Origin: Promethearchaeota archaeon
GTDB lineage: Archaea; Asgardarchaeota; Lokiarchaeia; Sigyniarchaeales; SOKP01
Assembly: GCA_019058365.1 (NCBI GenBank)
Contig: JAHPZE010000001.1
Coordinates: 320,001-384,000 of the forward strand
Direction: 5' to 3'
Length of the DNA stretch: 64,000 nt
The position numbers and the translations under genes were made by a program. Position 1 is the stretch's first letter; each line of letters begins with the position of its first letter. Below the pieces are notes generated by a model. That model had not been told where the DNA came from. It saw only the letters and a program-made list of their open reading frames with translations, and made no database searches. Shown here piece by piece: positions 21,788 through 31,740 of the stretch.

Positions 21788-24326
21788 ATTTAACCTCCTC
21801 CAATAATTTATTATAAAATTTATTAGCAACCTCAGCAAACTTGTTCCCTTCAACAGCATTCAAATGTTTAAGAATTATTCGCTCACGGTATTTTGTCGGG
21901 ATAATATTTTTTAATATCAATATTTTTTTTTCTACTTTCTCTACTCCATCAATATATCGACACGCATTTTTTCTACAACCAATTATCATCACTCCATCAA
22001 AACCTAACTCAAACGATTTAATTATGAAATTCGTATCTATGCGACCAGTGCAAGGAACACTTAAAATAAAGATATTTGGATTATATGAGATCTTCTTAAG
22101 ACCCGCATCATCTGCAGCAGCATAACCACAAGAACGACAACAAAAGGCAATAATTTTAGGTTGTTTTCTAAATTTCGAAAAAATTTCAATTGATTTTAAA
22201 ATCTTCTCAGAATTATCTATGTTTAAATCTATCGCATTAGTGGGACAAATACTAGCGCATGTACCACATCCCTTACATTTAAATTTATCTATATTTACTT
22301 TTTCTGATTCTATTGTAATTGCATTGTAAGGACAAATTTTAGAACACAATCCACATAAGCCACACTTGTTATCATCGATTTCGATTCCACTAAACTCCGC
22401 TATCAAATAATCATTAGAGAGTAATGAAATGATTTTAATCGCTGTATTATTAGCTGTTGAAATCGTAGAATTATAATCTAATGGACCAAATATAGTTCCA
22501 ACCCCATATATTCCAGATGCTAATGTCTCTTCACTCATAAAACCATAATCATCTAATGTAAAATCCATTGTTTTTCGAAATGCTTTTAAGTCTTTATTTG
22601 GTACTAAAGTTTGATTTAACACTATTAAGTCACTTGGATATTCTTTTGAATCGACTTTTACTATCTTTTGATCGTTTTTTTCAACAATTTTTACTTTATT
22701 AGAATAATGTATCCTAGAATCCATGGATCTTAGTGTAAAGTCGTCTGCTTTTTTTATCTTACTTAAATCGTAAAAAATATTGACTTTACAATCAGGATTT
22801 TTTACTTCAACATAATTTAAATATTTTAAAGCAAGGATATCTTGAAGTTTATGTTGATGATCAGGGTGTCCAGCATATTGAATAATCGAAATCGTCTTTG
22901 GAGGCGTTTTATCAGAAATTTTTACTATTTTACCTTCTGTGAAGCCATCAGAAGATAACATTCTTTCAAACTCCGATGATGTAATGATATCATTTTGTGG
23001 GTTATAACAATATTCATCTAAATCTGTAAAAAGATCAGAACCGATAGCTATAACTTTAGTACCTACCTTAATTTCAATTTTTTCTGGTTTTTGTGTCAAA
23101 TCTATTGCTTTATTAACGCATGCACGTTCACAAATTCTGCAATTAAGACAATTCTTAATATCTGATTCATCAATTAAAGGAACATAGGGAAAAGAATGAA
23201 TAAATGGGATATAAATAATTTTTCTATTATTTAATCCAAATTCATATTGATTTTGTTTTTCAATACTGCATACTTTTATGCATTGTTTACAACCAGTACA
23301 TTTCTTTGTATCTACATATCGCGGTTTTTTAATCAAATTAAGAGTAAAATTTCCGACTTCTCCTGAAACACTTTCTATTTCAGTATTAGTAAGTACTTTT
23401 ACATTTTTTTCATTCACCAACTCACCTATTAATTCTGAAATGAAGCATATAGAACAATCGCCCATATTATGTATTCGATCCCATCGGGCTACTTTACCTC
23501 CCAAAGTTGGTGATTTCTCAATAACATATACTTTTATTCCAGCTCGAGCTAAGTTTAATGCAAGTGTTATACCCGCTATTCCACCTCCTAAAATTGCAGC
23601 ACTTTTTTCAATTTCAACTCTCTTAATTTTTACTTTTTTTTGAAGACTAACGCGTTCAACTGCTGCTTCAATTAATAATTTTGCCTTTTCTAATGAAAGA
23701 GAGGGATCGATTTGATTAATTTCGAATTGATGTACCCAACAACATTGTTCTCTAATATTTGCTATTTCTATATTCACATGTTCAATGACACCATCAAAAA
23801 TTCGCTTAAAAAGATGCTGATGAGTTTTTGGAGAGCAAGCAGCTATTACAATCTTGTTTAAAAAGTTATCTTTTACCCAATGTGTAATTTTATCAAAATT
23901 TTTTTGCTGGCATAAATTTTCGAAGATTTTTACAGATACAACCTTTCTTAACTTATTTACATATTTTTCAAGAGCAGTTATATTAATTACATTTGAAATT
24001 TCTGTATTGCAATTGCAAATTATTACTCCAATTCGGCTTATTTCACTTCCCTGAGAATCTAAGTATTCATCAATATTTTCTCCTGATAAAATTCTTTTGT
24101 TGAGATTTAGTATTTTTAATATACGTTTACCATCTTCCGTAAGAAAATATGATTTTTTATCTTTATTGATTAATGTACCAATTTTTTTGAGATGGAAATT
24201 TAACTGTCCTGTAGTATCTAAACCCAATTTTTCCATTAAATCTGTATAGGGAATATAACCCTCTTTTTCTAAAAGGAGTAAGATCTTTCTTCTAAACGGA
24301 TGAGATAATATAGAATATATATCCAT
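21777..24326 (-). CDS. Fusion protein: ArsR-like winged helix + degenerate HdrA + MvhD
   Basis: SHPFRRKILLLL..GQLNFHLKKI..YFLTEDG (wHTH); CNC, ACSP, NIREQC, GGGIAG, DCSIC and ferredoxin motifs (HdrA); FCCRSCGYAAAD, PCTGRID and GC...C (MvhD). Confidence 0.85.
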   Translation of the reverse strand: MDIYSILSHPFRRKILLLLEKEGYIPYTDLMEKLGLDTTGQLNFHLKKIGTLINKDKKSYFLTEDGKRILKILNLNKRILSGENIDEYLDSQGSEISRIGVIICNCNTEISNVINITALEKYVNKLRKVVSVKIFENLCQQKNFDKITHWVKDNFLNKIVIAACSPKTHQHLFKRIFDGVIEHVNIEIANIREQCCWVHQFEINQIDPSLSLEKAKLLIEAAVERVSLQKKVKIKRVEIEKSAAILGGGIAGITLALNLARAGIKVYVIEKSPTLGGKVARWDRIHNMGDCSICFISELIGELVNEKNVKVLTNTEIESVSGEVGNFTLNLIKKPRYVDTKKCTGCKQCIKVCSIEKQNQYEFGLNNRKIIYIPFIHSFPYVPLIDESDIKNCLNCRICERACVNKAIDLTQKPEKIEIKVGTKVIAIGSDLFTDLDEYCYNPQNDIITSSEFERMLSSDGFTEGKIVKISDKTPPKTISIIQYAGHPDHQHKLQDILALKYLNYVEVKNPDCKVNIFYDLSKIKKADDFTLRSMDSRIHYSNKVKIVEKNDQKIVKVDSKEYPSDLIVLNQTLVPNKDLKAFRKTMDFTLDDYGFMSEETLASGIYGVGTIFGPLDYNSTISTANNTAIKIISLLSNDYLIAEFSGIEIDDNKCGLCGLCSKICPYNAITIESEKVNIDKFKCKGCGTCASICPTNAIDLNIDNSEKILKSIEIFSKFRKQPKIIAFCCRSCGYAAADDAGLKKISYNPNIFILSVPCTGRIDTNFIIKSFELGFDGVMIIGCRKNACRYIDGVEKVEKKILILKNIIPTKYRERIILKHLNAVEGNKFAEVANKFYNKLLEEVKFET

Positions 24327-24791
24327 AATTCATTTTCCTTTTTCAAATAAATTATATTATATATTTTTAATAGAAAAAATAATTTTAAATTCAAAAATAA
24401 CTATGACTATTTTGATAAACAAAATGATCTCTATGATAAATATCATTGTCAGAGTATATAAATATGATCCTTTTCCCATTTATAGTATTTGAAAGTAGTC
24501 AAATAAGTGTTAGAAAGATCATAGTTTTTATCATAAAAGCGATAGATCCTCTATAAGAAAATAATTATACGAAGATCAGATTCGTATATTAAGTCAAAAA
24601 AAGACTAAAAATTTTGTCAAATAATTAAAATTTCTCTTATCAGATTTTTTAAATTTACTTAAAATCATCATTTAATCTGAATAGCAGAAAAAAAAATGCA
24701 TTTTATTCTTTTGCAGATTTTTAGTTTTTTCAATTTCATGAATTTATTACATTATAATTAATAGTAGGTGATGTTTTACTAGGTGAATTAA

Positions 24792-26828
24792 ATGTCTGAG
24801 ATACAGACCATGGTGAGAATTGGAGTATATATCTGTAGATGAGGAGTTAATATCAGTACTTCTATCGACTGTGATCTTATTAGAGATTATGTTGAGGCCC
24901 TCCCAAACGTTATTGTTGCTAAAGTAAATGATTTTACTTGTAGCGATCCAGGACAAAAAATTATCAAAAACGATATTTTAGATTTAGACTTAAATCGAGT
25001 GGTTGTTGCAGCTTGTACACCTAAAATTCACGAATCCACCTATCGATTAGTTTTAGTTGAAGCAGGATTAAACCCATATTACTTCCAAATGGTTAATCTT
25101 CGTGAGCATTGTTCATTTACTCACTCGGGAAATAAGAGAAAAACTACTGAAAAAGCTATAAGGTTAGTGCAAGCAGGGATAAATCGTGCTAGAGAATTAG
25201 AGATAGTACCTTATAAAAAATTATCAGTAGAGAAATCGGTATTAATTATCGGTGCGGGTATTGCGGGAATGAATGCAGCATTAGATTTAGCAAATCAAGG
25301 AATAAATGTATATTTAGTCGAAAAAGAAGCTACAATTGGAGGTAAAATGGTACAATTAGATCGAATTTATCCCACAGACGATTGTGCTATATGAGTTCTA
25401 GCACCTATTATGGTTAGTACTTCAAAACATCCAAATATAACCTTATTTACTTGTAGTGAAATCATAAAATTTAGTGGCAACACTGGAAACTATAATGTTA
25501 TAATACACAAAAAAGCCCGGTATGTTAATGAAAGTAAATGCACGGGTTGTGGATTATGTACTACAAAATGTCCAATAAAGGTACCTAACGAATTTGATAG
25601 AGGTATGGGTGAACGAAGCGCAATTTACATACCTTTTCCCCAAGCAGTACCTAAGGTTGCTTTAATTGATAAGAGTGTTTGTATAGATTGCAAAAGTTGT
25701 GAAAAAATTTGTCCCGCAGAAGCTATTGACTTAGATCAAACCTCAGAATATATAGATTTAAAAGTTGGTGCAGTCATTATTGCAACGGGATGGGATGAAT
25801 ATCCAATTATGAAAAATAACGAATATAAATATGGTATTTATCTTGATGTTATTACTCAAATAGAATTGGAACGAATGTTAAGTCCAGTTGGACCAACTGG
25901 GGGTCATGTATGTAGAATTTCTGATGGAAAAATCCCAAAAACAGTCGCGATGATTCAATGCGTGGGTTCAAGATCCTTAAACGGGAATCCCTATTGCTCA
26001 GGAGTATGTTGTAATGTTGCACTTAAAAACGCTCAATTGTTAAAACATGAATATCCTGATATGGAAATTGTTATTTTTTATATAGATATGCGGACATGGG
26101 ATAAAGGAAATGAGGAATATTATAGAAAAGCGAGAGAAGCGGGGATAATGATGATTCGAGGAAAAGTAGGAGATGTAAGACAAGATCCCAACTTAAAAAA
26201 AATAAAAGTTACAGCTTCTTCAACTTTAACAAATGATTTTATTACAATGGATACCGATTTAGTTGTATTATCTACGGGAATGGTCCCCTCTAAAAAAACA
26301 ACACAAATCGTTGAGACTTTAGGAATTGCTAAAGATATAAATGGGTTTTTAACTGAAGTTCATGGATGCCTGAAACCTCAAGAGACAAATAATTTGGGTA
26401 TATATATATGTGGCTGTGCTGCTGGACCTAAAAATATCCCTTATTCCGTGTCAACTGCATTAGCTGCTGCAAGTAAAGCATCTACTTTACTCTGTAAAGA
26501 TACAATAACTCAAGAATTAATCATCGCTGAAGTAAATGAAAATTTATGTATGGGTTGCCATAGATGTGAAAAACTTTGTAATTATAATGCAATAAAAGTT
26601 AATAGAGAGAATATAGCTATAGTAGATGATTTAAAATGTAAAGGGTGCGGAGTTTGTGTATCATCATGCCCCGCTAGAGCAATTGATCTTAAATACTATA
26701 GAGATAAGCAAATTAGTGAAGAGATAAGAGGGATCTGTAGTACTGAACTTGAATATAAGGAAGAATATATTGAATCTATTGATCTTATTTGGAAAAAGAT
26801 TGAAGCATTAGCTCCTTATCAAACATAA
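24792..26828 (+). CDS. hdrA: Heterodisulfide reductase subunit A, selenoprotein with two in-frame UGA (codons 17 and 201; 678 aa)
   Basis: Single frame from ATG 24792 (SD AGGTGA at 24781) through TGA 24840-42 (GVYICR*GVNI) and TGA 25392-94 (DDCAI*VLAP) to TAA 26828; the in-window paralog has Cys at both sites (CRCGINI, DCSLCILAP). Confidence 0.9.
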
Positions 26829-26829
26829 T

Positions 26830-26898
26830 CTGAAAAAGAATGATCCTCTTAAACAAATGTTAGTTGAGAGGAAACTAACCCATTGCATGGGTTTTCAG
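26830..26898 (+). promoter_or_regulatory. SECIS-like 3'-UTR stem-loop
   Basis: AUGA (26840-43) followed by a 9-bp helix UCCUCUUAA/UUGAGAGGA, A-rich apical region with possible mini-stem, outer helix CUGAAAA/UUUUCAG; immediately after the Sec-HdrA stop. Confidence 0.6.
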
Positions 26899-26935
26899 AA
26901 AAATATAAAATAATAATTGATATAATTTTATATCA

Positions 26936-28066
26936 TTAATTCATATTAGTTTGATTTCTGATCTTTAAAGAAATTAATTTATTATACCAATCTAATTTCT
27001 TATTCTTCCACTCAATAGTTCTGTTAGATGGAACAATAAACTGCTCAATTATCCCTTTTGAAAGCATACTATTTATTACATTCTTACCATTATCAGTTCT
27101 AATTAATATCATAGAATATCCTTCTGGAGCTCCAGATGCCCCAACACTAATATCTGTAAATCTTCCCGTGAATTCATCACATTCATGGCAATTATTTCTT
27201 ACTGCGGGATTTAGAGTTTTCATATCGATTTCGAATTCTTTATTATCTTTTGTTTGGATAAAGAAATTCTTTTTTATCCAAGTCTTCTTAATATTAGTAG
27301 GAACTACTTCTATTTCTCTTTTTAAGATATCATATAATTTGTCATAAATAAAATTCTCAAAACAGAAAAGACCTATAATATATTTAATGACATGAGCAGG
27401 TTTAACATGTAAAAATTTCATTTTATTAACAGCCCTACATTGACAAGGAGTTCCAATAAATGCTATTCTTAGCTCGTCAATATCAAATATCTCCTTCTTT
27501 ATAAGAATTTCTTTCGGTATAGTGTATAAATTTTTTAAAGGGAATATTTGAGGAGAAATAGAATAACGTGTACCTGCTGATTTAAATAAATCCTCTTTAT
27601 CAAATATAATTTTTGGAACGGGTTTAAAATTGCGGTCAAATTCCGAAACAATAGCGGCATCAATTTTATGTTTTTCAAATAAATATGTTAGAATTGCTGA
27701 AACTACTCCTCCATCTTGTCCAACTTTTTCTAATACAGTATTTATTGCTTTAGCAGCAAGAATTTTAACAATTTTTCCAATATTATCTTCAATACAATAA
27801 ATCTCATTTAATTCTTTTAATAATACTTTAGTTTGAGGACAAATATAATAACAAACACCACATTTAGTACAGTTTTCAACACTTCTTTCTGATTTAAATT
27901 CGGGATTATATCCCTTCATTTCAATAACATCAAAACCTTGACTTTCGCAATATGCTATGCAAGCACCACATGCACAGCATTTATTACCATTAATTATTTC
28001 ATTTTTAAGATCTTCAAATGTTTTTACTTCATTTTGTAAAAGTTTCTCATAAGTTAATTCGGTCAT
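26936..28066 (-). CDS. Coenzyme F420 hydrogenase/dehydrogenase beta subunit (FrhB/FdhB family) with N-terminal ferredoxin
   Basis: CCACGAC, CTKCGVC..ICP, QDGGVVS, AGTRY, GTPCQ, GLFC.ENF and DISVG. Confidence 0.88.
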   Translation of the reverse strand: MTELTYEKLLQNEVKTFEDLKNEIINGNKCCACGACIAYCESQGFDVIEMKGYNPEFKSERSVENCTKCGVCYYICPQTKVLLKELNEIYCIEDNIGKIVKILAAKAINTVLEKVGQDGGVVSAILTYLFEKHKIDAAIVSEFDRNFKPVPKIIFDKEDLFKSAGTRYSISPQIFPLKNLYTIPKEILIKKEIFDIDELRIAFIGTPCQCRAVNKMKFLHVKPAHVIKYIIGLFCFENFIYDKLYDILKREIEVVPTNIKKTWIKKNFFIQTKDNKEFEIDMKTLNPAVRNNCHECDEFTGRFTDISVGASGAPEGYSMILIRTDNGKNVINSMLSKGIIEQFIVPSNRTIEWKNKKLDWYNKLISLKIRNQTNMN

Positions 28067-28080
28067 TACAATTCCTCTTT

Positions 28081-28572
28081 TTAATTCTTTTTATTATTAT
28101 ATTCAAATTCAAATACACCAGGTTTTTTAGGAATTCTTAATTCTCCAAATTCTTTGATTGATTTTGTAAAATTTTTAATTAATTCAGAAAATTGCCTTCC
28201 CTCACTTGCTGAAATAGAGCACAGTTCAAATCGATCTGCTTCAATTCCAAGATATTTTATTAATTTCTTTAAATGATCCATTCTAACTTGAGCATATTCA
28301 AACCCTTTCATATAATGACAATCACCCATATGGCATCCAATAATTAATACTCCATCTATTCCATTATTAAAAGCTCGTAGAATGAATGTAGGATCAACCC
28401 TACTAGAACACATGACCCTAATAATCCTAATATTTGGGGGATATTGGAACCTCGAAACACCTGCTAAGTCTGCACCAGCATAACTACACCAATTACAGCA
28501 AAAAACTAAAATATTTGGTTCAAATCCATATTTTACCTTTCTTTTTCTTTTTAACAGGAAAAATCCCCCCAA
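28081..28572 (-). CDS. mvhD: Methyl-viologen-reducing hydrogenase delta subunit (Cys form)
   Basis: FCCNWCSYAGADLAG, RVMCSSRVDP, GCHMGDCHY and ISASEG. Confidence 0.92.
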   Translation of the reverse strand: MGGFFLLKRKRKVKYGFEPNILVFCCNWCSYAGADLAGVSRFQYPPNIRIIRVMCSSRVDPTFILRAFNNGIDGVLIIGCHMGDCHYMKGFEYAQVRMDHLKKLIKYLGIEADRFELCSISASEGRQFSELIKNFTKSIKEFGELRIPKKPGVFEFEYNNKKN

Positions 28573-31500
28573 TTAAACAATTTCATAATCAATTATGTCT
28601 AAACTTGGTAATAAATCAATCATTTTGCTAATTTGAAATTTACTAAAATGATTTTGATCAATAGCCCCAACTGAACATTCCACAACACAAGCTCCGCACC
28701 CCTTACAAACAGCACTAATTATATGAGCCTTTTTCATAGATATATTATACAAACCCATCTCTTTACAGATTTCAACCAATTCAATTGCATTATAGGGGCA
28801 AATCTCAGTACATTTACCGCATCCTATACATTTTTCTTCATTTACATAAGAAGTAATACATTCAGTTTCTATTTCTCCTTTAACCATTATTATTGCTGCT
28901 CTTCCAGCAGCAGCATAAGCTTGAATAATACTTTCACCAATCCATTTCGGCCAATGAGCGCCTCCACAAAGGAAAATTCCTTCTGTTGCAAAATCAATTG
29001 GTCTAAGTTTTGCATCAGCTTCTAAGAAAAAGCCATCTGTATTTGTTGATACTTTTAACATTTTTGCTAATTGTTTTGTATCATCAGTAGGAACTTTTGG
29101 AGTGGCTAATATTAATAAATCAGTATCATATTTTATATTTGTTTGAGCGCCAATATTATTATATAAGATATGGAACTTATCATTTACATCACTGATTTTG
29201 ATATCATCAATTGAACGATATCTTTCATAAGTTACTTTCTTTCGAAGACCTCGCCATAAATTTTCAGCATTTAAATCGGAGAATTGAAATTCTCTATATA
29301 AAATATGAATTTGTGCTTTAGGGTTGATATTCAATAATTTTTCAATATTCTTTAATGCTACACCACAACAGATATTTGAGCAATAAGGTTTTATATTATC
29401 TCCCCTATTAAATTCGTTTCTTCTTTGATCTACGCACAAAATTATTGTAGCATCTTTAAATACGGGGACATCTTCATCACTCAATGCAGTTAATTCAGTT
29501 TGAGTAAGCAGACGATTAGGATATTTTTCCGATAAATCTGCCCATCTATTTGTTTTTATTTGTTTAGTTCCCGTAGAAACTATTATTGTACCTACATTGA
29601 ATTTTGTATATTTTGAACTATCATTAACATTTTTAACTTTTACTTGATAATTTCCAACATAACCTTGGATATCCTCTATTTCTGAATTTAATAAAATATG
29701 AATATCAGATTTGTTTTTCAAATCAGCAATTTTCTGTAAAATTTCATTTTTCGTAATAGGTATATAATATAAATCAATAAATTCAAGAGCGATACCTCCA
29801 AGAAAAGATTTCTTCTCTACAAGATATATCTCGAATCCTTGATTTGCCAAATTATGTGCAGTAGTTATTCCTGCTATTCCACCGCCAATAATTAAAGATG
29901 ATTTTTCAACTTTTTCTTTAATGGTTTCTAATGGTTTTAAATTAATAACCTTCGCTAAGTGCATTCTTATTAAATCACATGCTTTTTTAGTAGCCTCTTT
30001 AGGTTCATTTTGATGGACCCATGAATCTTGGTTTCTTATGTTTACTAGTTCAAATAAAAATGGATTTAATCCTACTTCTCTTAGAGTATTTTTAAAAAGT
30101 TGTTCATGAGTTCGCGGGGTACAAGAAGCAACTATAAATCTATTAAGATTGTATTTTACAATTAGTTCTTTAATCCGTTCTTGTGAATCAGAACTACAAG
30201 AATACATGTTTTCTTCAACATGAACAACATATGGTAATTTAGAAACATAGTTTACTACTTCAGGAACGTTAACAATACCCCCGATATTAATACCACACCG
30301 ACAAACTAAAATACCTACACGAGGTTTATCCTCTGGTTTTACTGGTATTTCTGGAGGATATTTCACTTTTATAATATTTTGAAATCTAACAGGATACAAT
30401 TTCTCACTAATTTTAGCTGCACATGCAGAACCTTCAGCAACAGCCATTTGAATGTCATTGGGTTTTCTAGAATAGCCAGTTACGAATATATTCTTTTTTT
30501 CAAGTAAAATTATATCAGTCTCACTAATATAACCTAAATCATCACAATCCAAACTGAGTTTTTTTAATAGCTTATAATAAGAAGGAGGTGGAGATAGTGC
30601 ACTAGCCAATATAACCATATCCACTTCAAAAGTTCCAACTTTTCCTTTATCAATATCTTCAAAATATAACTTTAATTTTCCGTTATCTAAATTTTCTTTA
30701 ACATATGAAACATGCCCGTTCACATATTTGACATTATATTCATTCTTACTTTTTTCAATAAATTCGTAAAAGTTCTTACCTTTTGCTCTGATTTCTGTGT
30801 TAAAAATATAGCAGTCGATATTTGGATCATGTTCTTTGACAACTATTGCTTCTTTAGCCGAATTCATGCAACATATGGCAGAACAATATTTTTTACATTC
30901 TGGATGATGAACGTTTCTGGAGCCTACACATTGTATAAAAGCAATTGAATGAGGATGTTTTTTATCATCTAATCTTATAATTTTACCACCTGTAGGCCCA
31001 TTTGCTGATAAAAGACGCTCAAATTGCATATTGGATAAAACATTAGGGGAAGAACCCGCAAAAGAATTATAAATTTCTGGCATTTCTTGATTATATCCTG
31101 TAGCAATAACAATAGCCCCTACTTTTAAATGTATTTCTTCTGGTTTTTGTAAAAAATCTATCGCTTCTGCACTACAAGCTTTAGCACAAAGTCCACATAT
31201 TCTATAATTTAAATATAAACATTTTGATTCATCAATGAGATATATTGGGGGTACTGAAGATGGAAAAGGAATATATATCGCACTTCGAGTTTTTAAATGA
31301 GTATCAAATTCGCTAGGAATTCCTCTAACGGGACAAATTTCGCCACAATCTCCACATCCTTTACAGAGGTCTTCTTTTAAATATCTTGGCTTCTTAATAA
31401 TTGTTATTGTGTAATCACCAGCAGTTCCTCTAATGTTTTTAATGTAAGAATAAGTAAATAACTCAATATTTGGATTTCTATATATATCAACCATTTTCGG

Positions 31501-31686
31501 AGCTAAGATGCATAAGCTACAATCAAGAGTAGGATATATTTTATCTAATTGGGCCATAGTACCTCCTATTGTTGGTTTAATTTCAACTAAATATACTTTA
31601 AAACCTAATTTGGTTAGATCTAAGGATGCTTGTATCCCTGAGATTCCTCCTCCAATAACCAAAACACTACTCCATAAATTTGGCAT
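28573..31686 (-). CDS. hdrA: Large HdrA-like flavoprotein with two FAD modules
   Basis: GGGISG..DCSLC, QCVGSR..CSAICC, internal CRCGINI/CSSD/CTPRTH domain, second GGGIAG module, C-terminal ferredoxin. Confidence 0.88.
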   Translation of the reverse strand: MPNLWSSVLVIGGGISGIQASLDLTKLGFKVYLVEIKPTIGGTMAQLDKIYPTLDCSLCILAPKMVDIYRNPNIELFTYSYIKNIRGTAGDYTITIIKKPRYLKEDLCKGCGDCGEICPVRGIPSEFDTHLKTRSAIYIPFPSSVPPIYLIDESKCLYLNYRICGLCAKACSAEAIDFLQKPEEIHLKVGAIVIATGYNQEMPEIYNSFAGSSPNVLSNMQFERLLSANGPTGGKIIRLDDKKHPHSIAFIQCVGSRNVHHPECKKYCSAICCMNSAKEAIVVKEHDPNIDCYIFNTEIRAKGKNFYEFIEKSKNEYNVKYVNGHVSYVKENLDNGKLKLYFEDIDKGKVGTFEVDMVILASALSPPPSYYKLLKKLSLDCDDLGYISETDIILLEKKNIFVTGYSRKPNDIQMAVAEGSACAAKISEKLYPVRFQNIIKVKYPPEIPVKPEDKPRVGILVCRCGINIGGIVNVPEVVNYVSKLPYVVHVEENMYSCSSDSQERIKELIVKYNLNRFIVASCTPRTHEQLFKNTLREVGLNPFLFELVNIRNQDSWVHQNEPKEATKKACDLIRMHLAKVINLKPLETIKEKVEKSSLIIGGGIAGITTAHNLANQGFEIYLVEKKSFLGGIALEFIDLYYIPITKNEILQKIADLKNKSDIHILLNSEIEDIQGYVGNYQVKVKNVNDSSKYTKFNVGTIIVSTGTKQIKTNRWADLSEKYPNRLLTQTELTALSDEDVPVFKDATIILCVDQRRNEFNRGDNIKPYCSNICCGVALKNIEKLLNINPKAQIHILYREFQFSDLNAENLWRGLRKKVTYERYRSIDDIKISDVNDKFHILYNNIGAQTNIKYDTDLLILATPKVPTDDTKQLAKMLKVSTNTDGFFLEADAKLRPIDFATEGIFLCGGAHWPKWIGESIIQAYAAAGRAAIIMVKGEIETECITSYVNEEKCIGCGKCTEICPYNAIELVEICKEMGLYNISMKKAHIISAVCKGCGACVVECSVGAIDQNHFSKFQISKMIDLLPSLDIIDYEIV

Positions 31687-31740
31687 TTGTCAAAGCCCCA
31701 ATAAACCTTTAACTTTAAATTCTTCTTTTTTAATAGTAAT

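Noticed and set aside
24792-26828. Interpreting the split hdrA as a pseudogene or as two genes
   Set aside because: Both stops are TGA, in frame and at conserved Cys positions; there are no frameshifts and a SECIS-like hairpin follows
19719-28572. Selenocysteine in MvhA or MvhD (VhuU/VhuD-like)
   Set aside because: All relevant motifs here are encoded as Cys, with no in-frame TGA
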